A stretch of 60,102 nucleotides of DNA, taken from assembly GCA_001821435.1 (NCBI GenBank), contig MHLP01000037.1, forward strand, positions 1 to 60,102, given 5' to 3'. The stretch is from Candidatus Lloydbacteria bacterium RIFCSPLOWO2_01_FULL_50_20 (GTDB lineage: Bacteria > Patescibacteriota > Minisyncoccia > Phycocordibacterales > UBA6899). Below the pieces are notes generated by a model. It ran no database searches. It saw only the letters and a list, made by a program, of their open reading frames with translations, and was not told where the DNA came from. Below, piece by piece: positions 28,107-37,698 of the stretch. A program made the position numbers and the translations under genes. Every line of letters begins with the position of its first letter. Within the stretch, counting starts at the first letter, position 1.

Positions 28107-29459
28107 ATGGCCTCGATCTGCTTCTATTTTCAGGTGCATCAGCCGTATCGGATCAAGAAATACCGCATCTTCGATGTCGGCCATGACCATAATTATTTCA
28201 ACGACCATTCGGACCGCGACATCAATAATGAGAAGATCTTACATAAGGTCGCGAGGAAATGTTATCTGCCGGCCAACAAGCTCCTGCTCGAGCTTCTGAA
28301 CAAGCATCCTGAATTCAAGATCGCTTATTCTTTTTCCGGTGTTTTTCTCGAACAGCTCGAAACCTTTTCTCCAGAGACGCTCAAGTCTTTCCAAAAACTC
28401 GTCAAAACCGGCCGCGTGGAGGTCCTCGATGAGACTTACTATCATTCACTCGCGTTTCTTTACTCGAAAAAAGAATTTGTCCGTCAGGTGGAACTCCATC
28501 GCGCAAAGGTCAAGAAGCTTTTCGGCGTTACGCCGAAAGTCTTTCGCAATACGGAACTTGTCTACAATAATGAGCTCGCGAAATTTGCCGAAGGAATGGG
28601 GTATCAGGCTATTTTGGCGGAAGGCGCAGATCATATCCTTGGTTGGAAAAGCCCTAATTTTCTTTATCGTGCGCCAAATGCGAGGAAGATAAAGACGCTG
28701 CTCAAGAATTACCGCCTGTCCGATGACATCGCCTTTCGTTTTTCTTCAAAAAGCTGGTCGGAATGGCCGCTGACCGCAGAAAAATTCGCTCGCTGGATAG
28801 ATGCAGTGAATGGCAACGGGCAGGTCGTGAACCTCTTCATGGATTATGAAACGTTCGGCGAGCATCAATGGGAAGATACCGGTATTTTTGACTTCATGCG
28901 CGCCCTGCCGGGCGAGCTTCTGAAACATCCCGATAATGATTTCGTCACTCCGTCGGAAGCTGCAAAACGTTACGATGCCGTCGGTGAATTCGACGCGCAC
29001 AGCTTCATTTCTTGGGCCGACATCGAGCGTGATCTCTCCGCTTGGCTTTCGAACAGCATGCAGAACGAGGCGATAGGCAATCTGTATGCGCTTGAAAAAG
29101 AAGTCCTTGCGAGCAAAGACAAAAGCATCGTTGACGATTGGAGCAAGCTCCAAACATCGGATCACTTCTATTATATGTGCACCAAATGGTTCTCCGACGG
29201 CGATGTCCACAAATATTTCAATCCGTATGATACTCCCTACGAAGCGTTCATCGCGTACAACAACGTGCTCCACGACCTGCGCTACCGGATCGAAGCGGCA
29301 AAAAAGAAAAAAACTCACGCAAAAAAACTCCGGGGGATAAAGAAGAAAAAGACTGCGATCAAAAGACAGAAACCCGTAAAACCTACAAAAAGAAAAATGA
29401 TCAAGAAAGTGAGCAAGAAGAAGGTGGCAAAAACAAAGAGCAAAAAGAGGCATGCATAA
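28107..29459 (+). CDS. GH57 alpha-glucan-active enzyme with Lys-rich C-terminal tail
   Basis: ICFYFQVHQPYR N-terminal GH57 signature and DYETFGEH. Last ~55 aa are about 50% Lys/Arg. Confidence 0.8.
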   Translation: MASICFYFQVHQPYRIKKYRIFDVGHDHNYFNDHSDRDINNEKILHKVARKCYLPANKLLLELLNKHPEFKIAYSFSGVFLEQLETFSPETLKSFQKLVKTGRVEVLDETYYHSLAFLYSKKEFVRQVELHRAKVKKLFGVTPKVFRNTELVYNNELAKFAEGMGYQAILAEGADHILGWKSPNFLYRAPNARKIKTLLKNYRLSDDIAFRFSSKSWSEWPLTAEKFARWIDAVNGNGQVVNLFMDYETFGEHQWEDTGIFDFMRALPGELLKHPDNDFVTPSEAAKRYDAVGEFDAHSFISWADIERDLSAWLSNSMQNEAIGNLYALEKEVLASKDKSIVDDWSKLQTSDHFYYMCTKWFSDGDVHKYFNPYDTPYEAFIAYNNVLHDLRYRIEAAKKKKTHAKKLRGIKKKKTAIKRQKPVKPTKRKMIKKVSKKKVAKTKSKKRHA

Positions 29460-29497
29460 CGATTCTGCACGGCCTCATTGTTTGCTATAATAGCGTT

Positions 29498-31462
29498 ATG
29501 CCTAAGTCGCTTGCGTTCGGTAATGGTTCTGTCTTGGTGATGCTCGATCAGTATGCCCGCGTGCGCGATGTCTATTTTCCTTATGTCGGTCTCGAGGATC
29601 ATGTCGGCGGAGAATACGCCCACCGCATCGGGGTCTATGCCGACGGGCAATTTTCCTGGCTTGATGACGGATCCTGGACGATCAATATCCGCATGGATCT
29701 TTCGTTTACCGGTCTGTCGGCGATCACCTCGCGGCGTCTGGGCCTGGAGCTTTTCTTCACCGACGCACTTGCGAACGATCAGAATGTTTTTCTCCGCAAG
29801 ATCGAGGTCCATAATAAATTTGACCATGAGCGGGAAGTGAAGATCTTTTTCAATCAGCAATTTGATCTTTATCAGTCGGGAAAGGGCGACACCGCTTTCT
29901 ACGACCCCATGACCAATACGGTGATCCATTACGAAGGACAGCGGTCGGTCCTCGTGAATGCGATGGTCGGCGAAAAAGGCTTTGACGAATATTCCGTCGG
30001 TTTATTTCAGCTAGAGGGCAAAGAAGGTACGTATAAGGATGCCGAGGACGGCGCGCTGGCAAAGAATCCCATTGAACACGGCCGCGTCGATTCCACCATC
30101 GGCATTTCGCTTCTTGTGCCGAAGGAAGGTGTGAGAGCCTTTTATTATTGGCTGGCGATGGGGGAATCGGTTGAGGATGTAAAAAATCTCAATCAACGTG
30201 TTCTGCGGCAGACCCCTGACGGCATTATCAGATCAACACGGGACTACTGGCACGCCTGGGTGGAACGGACCGAATGGAATTTTTACGGTCTCGGAGAGGG
30301 CGTCATTGAGTTATTCAAGAAATCGCAGTTTTACCTTCGTTCCCACGTCGACAAGCACGGCGGGATCATCGCTTCCGGGGATTCCGATATGCTGCAGGGG
30401 GGACGAGATACGTACGCGTACGTCTGGCCGCGCGATGCGGCGCTCGCGTGTGTTGCGCTTGACTGGCTTGGCGATCGGCACAGCGCGCGAAAATTCTTCG
30501 AATTCTGCACGGCGGCGATCACGCCGGACGGATATCTGATGCATAAGTATCGCCCGGACGGTTCGCTTGGCTCGTCATGGCACGGCTGGCTTGTCGGAGG
30601 GAAGCCCGAACTCCCGATCCAGGAAGACGAGACCGCACTCATTCTCTTTGCGATGTGGGAGCACTGGCTTGAGACAAAAGATCTCGATTTCATCGAATCG
30701 GTCTATGAATCTTTCATCAAAAAAGCGGCAACATTCCTTGCTGCTTACCGCGATCCGTATACCGGACTGCCAAAACCTTCTTATAATCTTTGGGAGGAGC
30801 AGTTCGGCGTACATACGTATACCGTCGCGTCGGTGTACGCAGGGCTTAAGGCGGCTGGACGTTTTGCGGAGATACTCGGTAAAGAACGGAGCGAAAATAA
30901 TTTCGACCGTATCGCCGAGGAGATGCGTGAAGCGATCATCCGTCATCTATATAATGCAGAAGACGGGAGTTTCTACCGCTCGCTTACCGTTGATCCTAAG
31001 GGGCTCACGATCTACGACCGCACGGTCGATGCGTCAACCGCCTACGGACTCTTTTGTTTTGGCGTACTGGCTCCGGATGACGCCCGTCTCATAAAAGTGA
31101 TGAAGATAACCAGGGAGCAGCTTACGGTCAACACTCCCGTCGGCGGCATCGCACGCTATGCGGATGATAAGTATTATCGGACAGCGGATAACATTCCCGG
31201 AAATCCATGGTTCATCACGACGCTTTGGTATGCACAATATGCGATCGCGACGGCGGAGAGCGACCGCGATCTCGACCGTGTCCGGGCCGATCTGAACTGG
31301 GCGGAACGCAACGCACTGCGCTCGGGGATTCTTTCCGAACAGCTGAATCCGCATACCGGCGAGGCGGTCGGCGCCGCTCCGCTTACCTGGAGCCACGCTG
31401 AATATATTCGCACAGTTATTCTTTATATGCGAAAATTAAAAGAACTGGGGATCACCGGTTAG
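29498..31462 (+). CDS. GH15 glucoamylase-like glycoside hydrolase
   Basis: YAYVWPRDAALA, LPIQEDETA and WEEQFGVHTYT motifs typical of archaeal/bacterial GH15. Confidence 0.8.
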   Translation: MPKSLAFGNGSVLVMLDQYARVRDVYFPYVGLEDHVGGEYAHRIGVYADGQFSWLDDGSWTINIRMDLSFTGLSAITSRRLGLELFFTDALANDQNVFLRKIEVHNKFDHEREVKIFFNQQFDLYQSGKGDTAFYDPMTNTVIHYEGQRSVLVNAMVGEKGFDEYSVGLFQLEGKEGTYKDAEDGALAKNPIEHGRVDSTIGISLLVPKEGVRAFYYWLAMGESVEDVKNLNQRVLRQTPDGIIRSTRDYWHAWVERTEWNFYGLGEGVIELFKKSQFYLRSHVDKHGGIIASGDSDMLQGGRDTYAYVWPRDAALACVALDWLGDRHSARKFFEFCTAAITPDGYLMHKYRPDGSLGSSWHGWLVGGKPELPIQEDETALILFAMWEHWLETKDLDFIESVYESFIKKAATFLAAYRDPYTGLPKPSYNLWEEQFGVHTYTVASVYAGLKAAGRFAEILGKERSENNFDRIAEEMREAIIRHLYNAEDGSFYRSLTVDPKGLTIYDRTVDASTAYGLFCFGVLAPDDARLIKVMKITREQLTVNTPVGGIARYADDKYYRTADNIPGNPWFITTLWYAQYAIATAESDRDLDRVRADLNWAERNALRSGILSEQLNPHTGEAVGAAPLTWSHAEYIRTVILYMRKLKELGITG

Positions 31463-31613
31463 ATTCATTTATCCCGTTAGAAGTCGTGGACATGTCATGT
31501 TAAATATATTTTTACTTAAAACACCGAATATTATAAAGATAAGCCGAGCGGGACAGAGGACATTATCGTCCACGTCTTACTTTTTAGCGATAAAAATAAA
31601 ATTTTATTTTTGA

Positions 31614-32960
31614 ATGAGCGACAAAAGCATTATGGATACTTCTAATGGGATGACAAAAGCATTTTCGTTCACCGCTCATCATACATTGCCTGTCCGCTCG
31701 CACCCGGTGCTTGATGCGTACATTTCAGAACTTATCCCTCGCCTTTCGGGGAATGTTCATAGCGACTATCATTTGCATGAAGAAGCACTCCGGCTCCCGC
31801 TTGATCCGGATATCCTTGCGCAGGTAAAAAAGATGGCTAAACACTTTGCCACCTCACGGTTAAAATATGTCATCGTGATCGGTATCGGAGGATCGAATCT
31901 GGGCACGAAAGCGGTTTACGACGCGCTCAACGGAAGTTATGATCTGGCGCTGCCGCGTCTGCCGAAATTATTGTTCATTGATACGCTGTCCGGGAATACG
32001 ATAGCGGAGCTCAATGATATTCTTGCGCCCGTAGAGCATGCTCAGGATATGCTCATCAATCTTATCAGCAAATCAGGAACGACCGTCGAAAGCATCGCAA
32101 ATTTCGAACTCATATATCAGATGCTGGAAAAACGTTTTCCGAATATCGCGTCGCGTGTCGTGTGCACGACGGACAGAGGTTCGGCGCTTTGGGAGATCGG
32201 CGAACAACGCGGTTTCGGATTACTGCAGATCCCCGCCATCGTGGGGGGGAGATATTCGGTTTTTTCGGCGGTCGGCGTTTTTCCGCTCTTTCTCGCGGGC
32301 GTGGGTATGGAGGAATTTCAAAAAGGCGCAAGTCATATGCTCCAGAGCGCGTTCAGCGAAGACAGAGAAAAAAATTTCGCGCGAAATTCCGCTGAGGAAC
32401 TGTTTGCCGCAATGAACGAAGGGTGCTCGATGCTCAACATCTTTCACTTTAATCCCGAATTGGAATCGCTCGGAAAGTGGGAACGTCAGCTTATCGCGGA
32501 ATCGCTCGGAAAGGAGAAGGATCTTGACGGAAGGGTCGTGCATGCAGGGATCACCCCGATCGTATCTATCGGTTCGACCGATCTTCATTCCATGGCTCAG
32601 CTTTATTTGGGCGGTCCAAAAGATAAATTCACGATGCTCATCCGTGCCGAAGAAAAGACTGGTGAACGGATAACGGCAAAAGGCATATTATCGCCGCTCG
32701 GCGTCGAAATGGCCGGGAAGGGCCCTTCCGAGATCATGGAGGCGATCTATGGCGGTGTCCTTGCCACGTATAAGGAACATGGGCTCCCTTCGCTTGAGGT
32801 GAGGCTTCCGCCCGTTTCTCCTTATGTGCTTGGCGCGTACATGGAGTGGCGCATGGCTGTAGTACTCTACCTCGCAAAGCTCATGAATGTTGATCCGTTC
32901 GACCAGCCGAATGTCGAAGATTATAAGAAGGTTACCAGGGCAATACTCACCAAGAATTGA
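31614..32960 (+). CDS. pgi: Glucose-6-phosphate isomerase
   Basis: VIVIGIGGSNLGTKAV and ISKSGTTVES SIS motifs. 448 aa. Confidence 0.85.
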   Translation: MSDKSIMDTSNGMTKAFSFTAHHTLPVRSHPVLDAYISELIPRLSGNVHSDYHLHEEALRLPLDPDILAQVKKMAKHFATSRLKYVIVIGIGGSNLGTKAVYDALNGSYDLALPRLPKLLFIDTLSGNTIAELNDILAPVEHAQDMLINLISKSGTTVESIANFELIYQMLEKRFPNIASRVVCTTDRGSALWEIGEQRGFGLLQIPAIVGGRYSVFSAVGVFPLFLAGVGMEEFQKGASHMLQSAFSEDREKNFARNSAEELFAAMNEGCSMLNIFHFNPELESLGKWERQLIAESLGKEKDLDGRVVHAGITPIVSIGSTDLHSMAQLYLGGPKDKFTMLIRAEEKTGERITAKGILSPLGVEMAGKGPSEIMEAIYGGVLATYKEHGLPSLEVRLPPVSPYVLGAYMEWRMAVVLYLAKLMNVDPFDQPNVEDYKKVTRAILTKN

Positions 32961-33811
32961 CTATGTATATACTTTTTGATATCGGAGGAACGAATATGCG
33001 TATCGCGGCCTCCCGGGACGGTGATTCATTCGGGGAGCCGAAGATCGTCCCTACACCGAAAGATTTTGATGCGGGAATGCAGATGATCGGAGAGCTTGTA
33101 AAGGAACTCTCCGGCGGAGAAAAGATCACTGCGGCCAGCGGCGGTATCGCAGGGCCGCTTTCACGGGATCATTCGGTGTTTTTGAATGGCCCGCATTTGC
33201 AGGGTTGGAACGGAAAACCGATCAAAAAAGCTCTTGAAAATACGCTCCACGCTCCGGTTTTTGTAGAGAACGATGCAGCCATCGTTGGGCTCGGAGAGGC
33301 AGTAGCGGGGCCGGGGAAAGGATATCCGATCGTTGTCTATATTACTGTTTCAACCGGGGTAGGCGGTGCGCGAATAGTGAACGGCCGAGTTGATGTTTCA
33401 GCGATGGGATTTGAACCCGGGCATCAGATCTTTGATGCAGGGGGGGCACTCCATAACACTTCCGTCGGGGGCAACGGTATTGATCTTCAGGGATATATTT
33501 CCGGTACGGCGATCTCGGAACGATACGGCAAGAAACCTCGCGAGATCACCGATGCTACGTTCTGGGATGATATGGCACGACTCTTGGCGTACGGCCTGAA
33601 TAATACGATCGTGCACTGGTCGCCGGATATCGTGATCATCGGCGGCTCCATGATGAACACGATCGGTATTCCCATTGACCGTGTCCGGGCGCACCTAAAG
33701 GGGATCCTGCGCATCTTTCCCGAGCTTCCGCTTATCGAGCATTCCGCGCTCGGCGAGATCGGCGGGCTCTACGGTGCGCTTCATTTCGTGAAGCAGAATT
33801 TGCATGGGTGA
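32957..33811 (+). CDS. ROK-family sugar kinase (glucokinase-like)
   Basis: LFDIGGTNMRIA and NDAAIVGLGE. Overlaps the pgi stop by 4 nt. Confidence 0.8.
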   Translation: MTMYILFDIGGTNMRIAASRDGDSFGEPKIVPTPKDFDAGMQMIGELVKELSGGEKITAASGGIAGPLSRDHSVFLNGPHLQGWNGKPIKKALENTLHAPVFVENDAAIVGLGEAVAGPGKGYPIVVYITVSTGVGGARIVNGRVDVSAMGFEPGHQIFDAGGALHNTSVGGNGIDLQGYISGTAISERYGKKPREITDATFWDDMARLLAYGLNNTIVHWSPDIVIIGGSMMNTIGIPIDRVRAHLKGILRIFPELPLIEHSALGEIGGLYGALHFVKQNLHG

Positions 33812-33837
33812 AAATAATTTATCGGGTATTTGCGTAT

Positions 33838-33868
33838 AAAAAGCCGCCAATGATGAGGCGGTTTTTTT
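33838..33868. terminator. Bidirectional terminator between convergent ROK kinase and folA
   Basis: aaaaagccgcc-aatgatga-ggcggttttttt. Confidence 0.8.
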
Positions 33869-33879
33869 GTTTCGCGTGC

Positions 33880-34380
33880 TCACTGCCGATCGAGAACAAG
33901 GAATTGATAAGGATAAGCGTTTTTTGCGTCGGACTTATAACGGCGTTCAAAAATCAATCCCCAGTCGTTTTTGTCATATGCGGGAAAATAGGCATCACCG
34001 GAAAATGTGTCTTCAATGATGGTGAGACAGAGCGTCTGTGCATCATCCATGAATTGCGCATAGACTCCCGCACCTCCGGAGATAAATACCATCTGACCAC
34101 CCGGCGCTTTCTCCGCGAGCAAAAGGGCTTCCGCCTTTGCTCTCGCGAGAAGCGTTCCTTGGGGCGCATGCTTCAGGCTTCTCGAGAGCACTATGGTCGT
34201 TCTTCCCGGGAGCGCCCGACCGATGCTCTCGTAGGTTTTGCGTCCCATGATGATGGGGCGGCCCAGTGTAGTGTTATAAAAACGATGCATGTCGGAATGC
34301 ATTTTTCCTTTCCAGGGAATTGACCCCGCTTTTCCGATGACCCGATTTTTGTCCATGGTGGCGATAATGGAAATGTACAT
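33880..34380 (-). CDS. folA: Dihydrofolate reductase
   Basis: MYISIIATMDKNRVIGKAGSIPW...GRPIIMGRKTYESIG. Start trimmed to ATG 34380. Confidence 0.9.
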   Translation of the reverse strand: MYISIIATMDKNRVIGKAGSIPWKGKMHSDMHRFYNTTLGRPIIMGRKTYESIGRALPGRTTIVLSRSLKHAPQGTLLARAKAEALLLAEKAPGGQMVFISGGAGVYAQFMDDAQTLCLTIIEDTFSGDAYFPAYDKNDWGLIFERRYKSDAKNAYPYQFLVLDRQ

Positions 34381-34597
34381 GTTCCTCTCCGGTGACTCTC
34401 TAAAAATAGTAGAGCAAAAGACCTTTGACCGCAAAGATGTTTCGGTGTGTGGAGTTATCCCCAGGATCCTCCTGTTTTTTGCTGTGCTACACTGTTCGCA
34501 GATTGTACGGAGGAAAAATTACGTGAAAAATTTTTTCAGCGTCATTGGGGGGAATATCGGCGAGTTTTGCCGGATAGCTCTTAATATAAAACGTTCT

Positions 34598-35977
34598 ATG
34601 GATAATCCACTTGGACATCTTCGCCATCATGTAAGCCGGCTTAAGAACGGGGGACTCGTTCTCCTGCTTGATACGGGCGCACGGATCACCCCCGAAGCTG
34701 AAGCGATGCTGCAGGCGCTTTATTCTCGCGACCCGCAGAGCGTTTACGAACACCTGAAGGCGATCGCGGAAAAAGGCCCCGGAAAATTCATGGCCAGTTA
34801 CTATGTCGGTTATGGCCACAAGTCTATCGGCGATTGCGGAACGGTGACGCTCTTTATCGAGGGGATCTCAATGCTTGCCGCCAAGGCGATCCAAGACTGG
34901 ATGCTTTATTCCGGACAGGAGGTTTCGACCCGCTATGTCGATTTCTCGATCCAGCCTTTCGAGGATCCCGTCGGAACCGTTACCACCAAGGAAATGCTGG
35001 AAGCGCTCCGGACGTATTATCTCCATGCGTTACCCCTTCTCGAGATCGATCTTAAGCGGCGATTTCCGATCGCGGAAGGTGAAAAGGAAGCGATGTATGT
35101 GAAAGCGATCAAGGCGCGCGCCTTCGATACGTTGCGCGGCTTCCTTCCTGCCGGAGCGCGGACGAGTATTGCGTGGCATACGAACCTCAGACAGGCTGCC
35201 GACAAGATCGCATTGCTTCGCCATCATCCGCTTCGCGAAGTGCGCCAGTCGGCGGATGCGATCGAGAGCGTGCTCATTGAAGCCTATCCGAGTTCATTCA
35301 GCCACGAAAGGTTCGAGGCGACGGAGAAATACAATGAGCAGTGGATGTCCGGGCAATATTATCTCGAAGACACCGCTTGCCCGGAATTTCTGCTTGCTCG
35401 TGACGATATTGCTTACGGCGAATTTGCCAGAAGGCCCGAGCTCCAAAAGATCTTTGCCGATCGTCCGCCAAAGACCGAACTTCCGAAAATGCTTGCCGAA
35501 TTCGGTACAATGCAGTTTCGTTTTCTGCTTGACTTCGGTTCGTTCCGCGACATACAGCGTCAGCGCGCGGTTGCGCAGCGCATGCCTCTCCTTACCGCCT
35601 TCCACGGATTCGAGGAATGGTATCTTGACGAGCTGACGCCGGAATTGCGCGAGGAAGCAAAGAATGTTCTCTCCAAGAATAGCGAAGCGATAGCGGTTTT
35701 GGAAAAAGCGGATACGCCGAAGGAGGTCATCCAATATTTTCTTCCGATGGGTTACCGCACGGCGAACCGTTTGACCGGCGATCTTCCGGCCATCGTCTAT
35801 CTTGTGGAACTTCGTGCGACGCGTTTCGTTCACCCGACGCTTCAAGTGCGCGCGCATCAGATGGCCAATGTGTTAAAAGAACGGCTGGGAAAATACGGAC
35901 TCAACCTCCATATCGACAGCGAAGTGGGTCGCTTCGACATAAGGCGCGGCGCTCAAGATATCATCAAAAAAAATTGA
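34598..35977 (+). CDS. thyX: Thy1/ThyX-family protein, tandem two-domain form
   Basis: Half 1: GHKSIGDCGTVTLFIEGISMLAAKAIQ...SGQEVSTRYV. Half 2: FLLDFGSFRDIQRQRAV (RHR motif reads RQR). Start trimmed to MDNPLGH to avoid overlap with folA. Confidence 0.65.
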   Translation: MDNPLGHLRHHVSRLKNGGLVLLLDTGARITPEAEAMLQALYSRDPQSVYEHLKAIAEKGPGKFMASYYVGYGHKSIGDCGTVTLFIEGISMLAAKAIQDWMLYSGQEVSTRYVDFSIQPFEDPVGTVTTKEMLEALRTYYLHALPLLEIDLKRRFPIAEGEKEAMYVKAIKARAFDTLRGFLPAGARTSIAWHTNLRQAADKIALLRHHPLREVRQSADAIESVLIEAYPSSFSHERFEATEKYNEQWMSGQYYLEDTACPEFLLARDDIAYGEFARRPELQKIFADRPPKTELPKMLAEFGTMQFRFLLDFGSFRDIQRQRAVAQRMPLLTAFHGFEEWYLDELTPELREEAKNVLSKNSEAIAVLEKADTPKEVIQYFLPMGYRTANRLTGDLPAIVYLVELRATRFVHPTLQVRAHQMANVLKERLGKYGLNLHIDSEVGRFDIRRGAQDIIKKN

Positions 35978-35984
35978 ACTCATG

Positions 35985-37264
<1,280 letters not shown>

Positions 37265-37281
37265 GCTATTTCATGTGCGAG

Positions 37282-37485
37282 CTATTTCCTCTCTTTGAAA
37301 AGTCGTTCGTATTTACGTGCCCAATCTGGAGCACTCCACTCGAACAGAGTGAGAGAAAATCTTCCCAACTTTCTGAGAATAACGCAAACCTCAGGCTTGT
37401 CCTTGTTTACTTTCAGCTCCTTCTCGATTTCAGCTACTATCGCGGCGACGGTTCCCGCAGAGGCAAATTCAGAAAACATACCCAT
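37282..37485 (-). CDS. Small hypothetical protein (67 aa)
   Basis: GAGGT SD 5 nt upstream of ATG 37485. Non-repetitive sequence MGMFSEFASAGTVAAIVAEIEKELK... Confidence 0.4.
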   Translation of the reverse strand: MGMFSEFASAGTVAAIVAEIEKELKVNKDKPEVCVILRKLGRFSLTLFEWSAPDWARKYERLFKERK

Positions 37486-37547
37486 CGCTACCTCACTATG
37501 GTTGGTTGTTGAAAGAAAGAAGCATGAGCATTTTGCCTCCATCCGAC

Positions 37548-37576
37548 TTTACAAACGTTAGCATATAGTTTATACT
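37548..37576 (+). promoter_or_regulatory. Promoter TTTACA-N17-TATACT of the uvrB leader
   Basis: -35 at 37548-37553 and -10 at 37571-37576. ATG 37585 lies 8 nt after the -10, so the transcript is leaderless or nearly so. Confidence 0.5.
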
Positions 37577-37584
37577 CTGTCAAC

Positions 37585-37698
37585 ATGTCTGGATTTAAAT
37601 TGAGGTCAGATTGGGCGCCTGCGGGAGACCCCATAGCAAAGCAAGGCTTGCTATGGGGCGAGAAGTGCCTTTTTAATATATTCCTGCATCATGGATAA
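37585..37698 (+). other. 37-codon uORF: diverged copy of UvrB residues 1-15, then the conserved hairpin; stop overlaps the uvrB ATG
   Basis: MSGFKLRSDWAPAGD against UvrB MDKFKLKSDWLPAGD. The uORF TAA at 37696-37698 overlaps ATG 37691 (ATGGATAA). Confidence 0.7.
37629..37658 (+). repeat. Hairpin motif shared with the uvrA leader
   Basis: CCCCATAGCAA-agcaaggc-TTGCTATGGGG (11-bp stem). 26/33 nt identical to 44294-44326. Confidence 0.75.

Noticed and set aside
31472-31585. The long-range complementarity after the GH15 gene (cgtggac/gtccacg plus atgtc/gacat, then ttttt), as another MITE-like element.
   Set aside because: It has only about 12-15 interrupted base pairs around a roughly 60-nt AT-rich loop and no clean terminal inverted repeats. 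It is more simply a sloppy terminator, so I did not count it with the three clear palindromic elements.
34289-34597. The N-terminal 103-aa extension of the thyX-like ORF. The same applies to upstream extensions of the track ORFs at 11907, 21607, 40980, 42309, 44312 and 56939.
   Set aside because: The extensions overlap neighbouring genes or terminators and encode implausible peptides. Internal ATGs give native-looking N-termini (signal peptides or conserved family starts).
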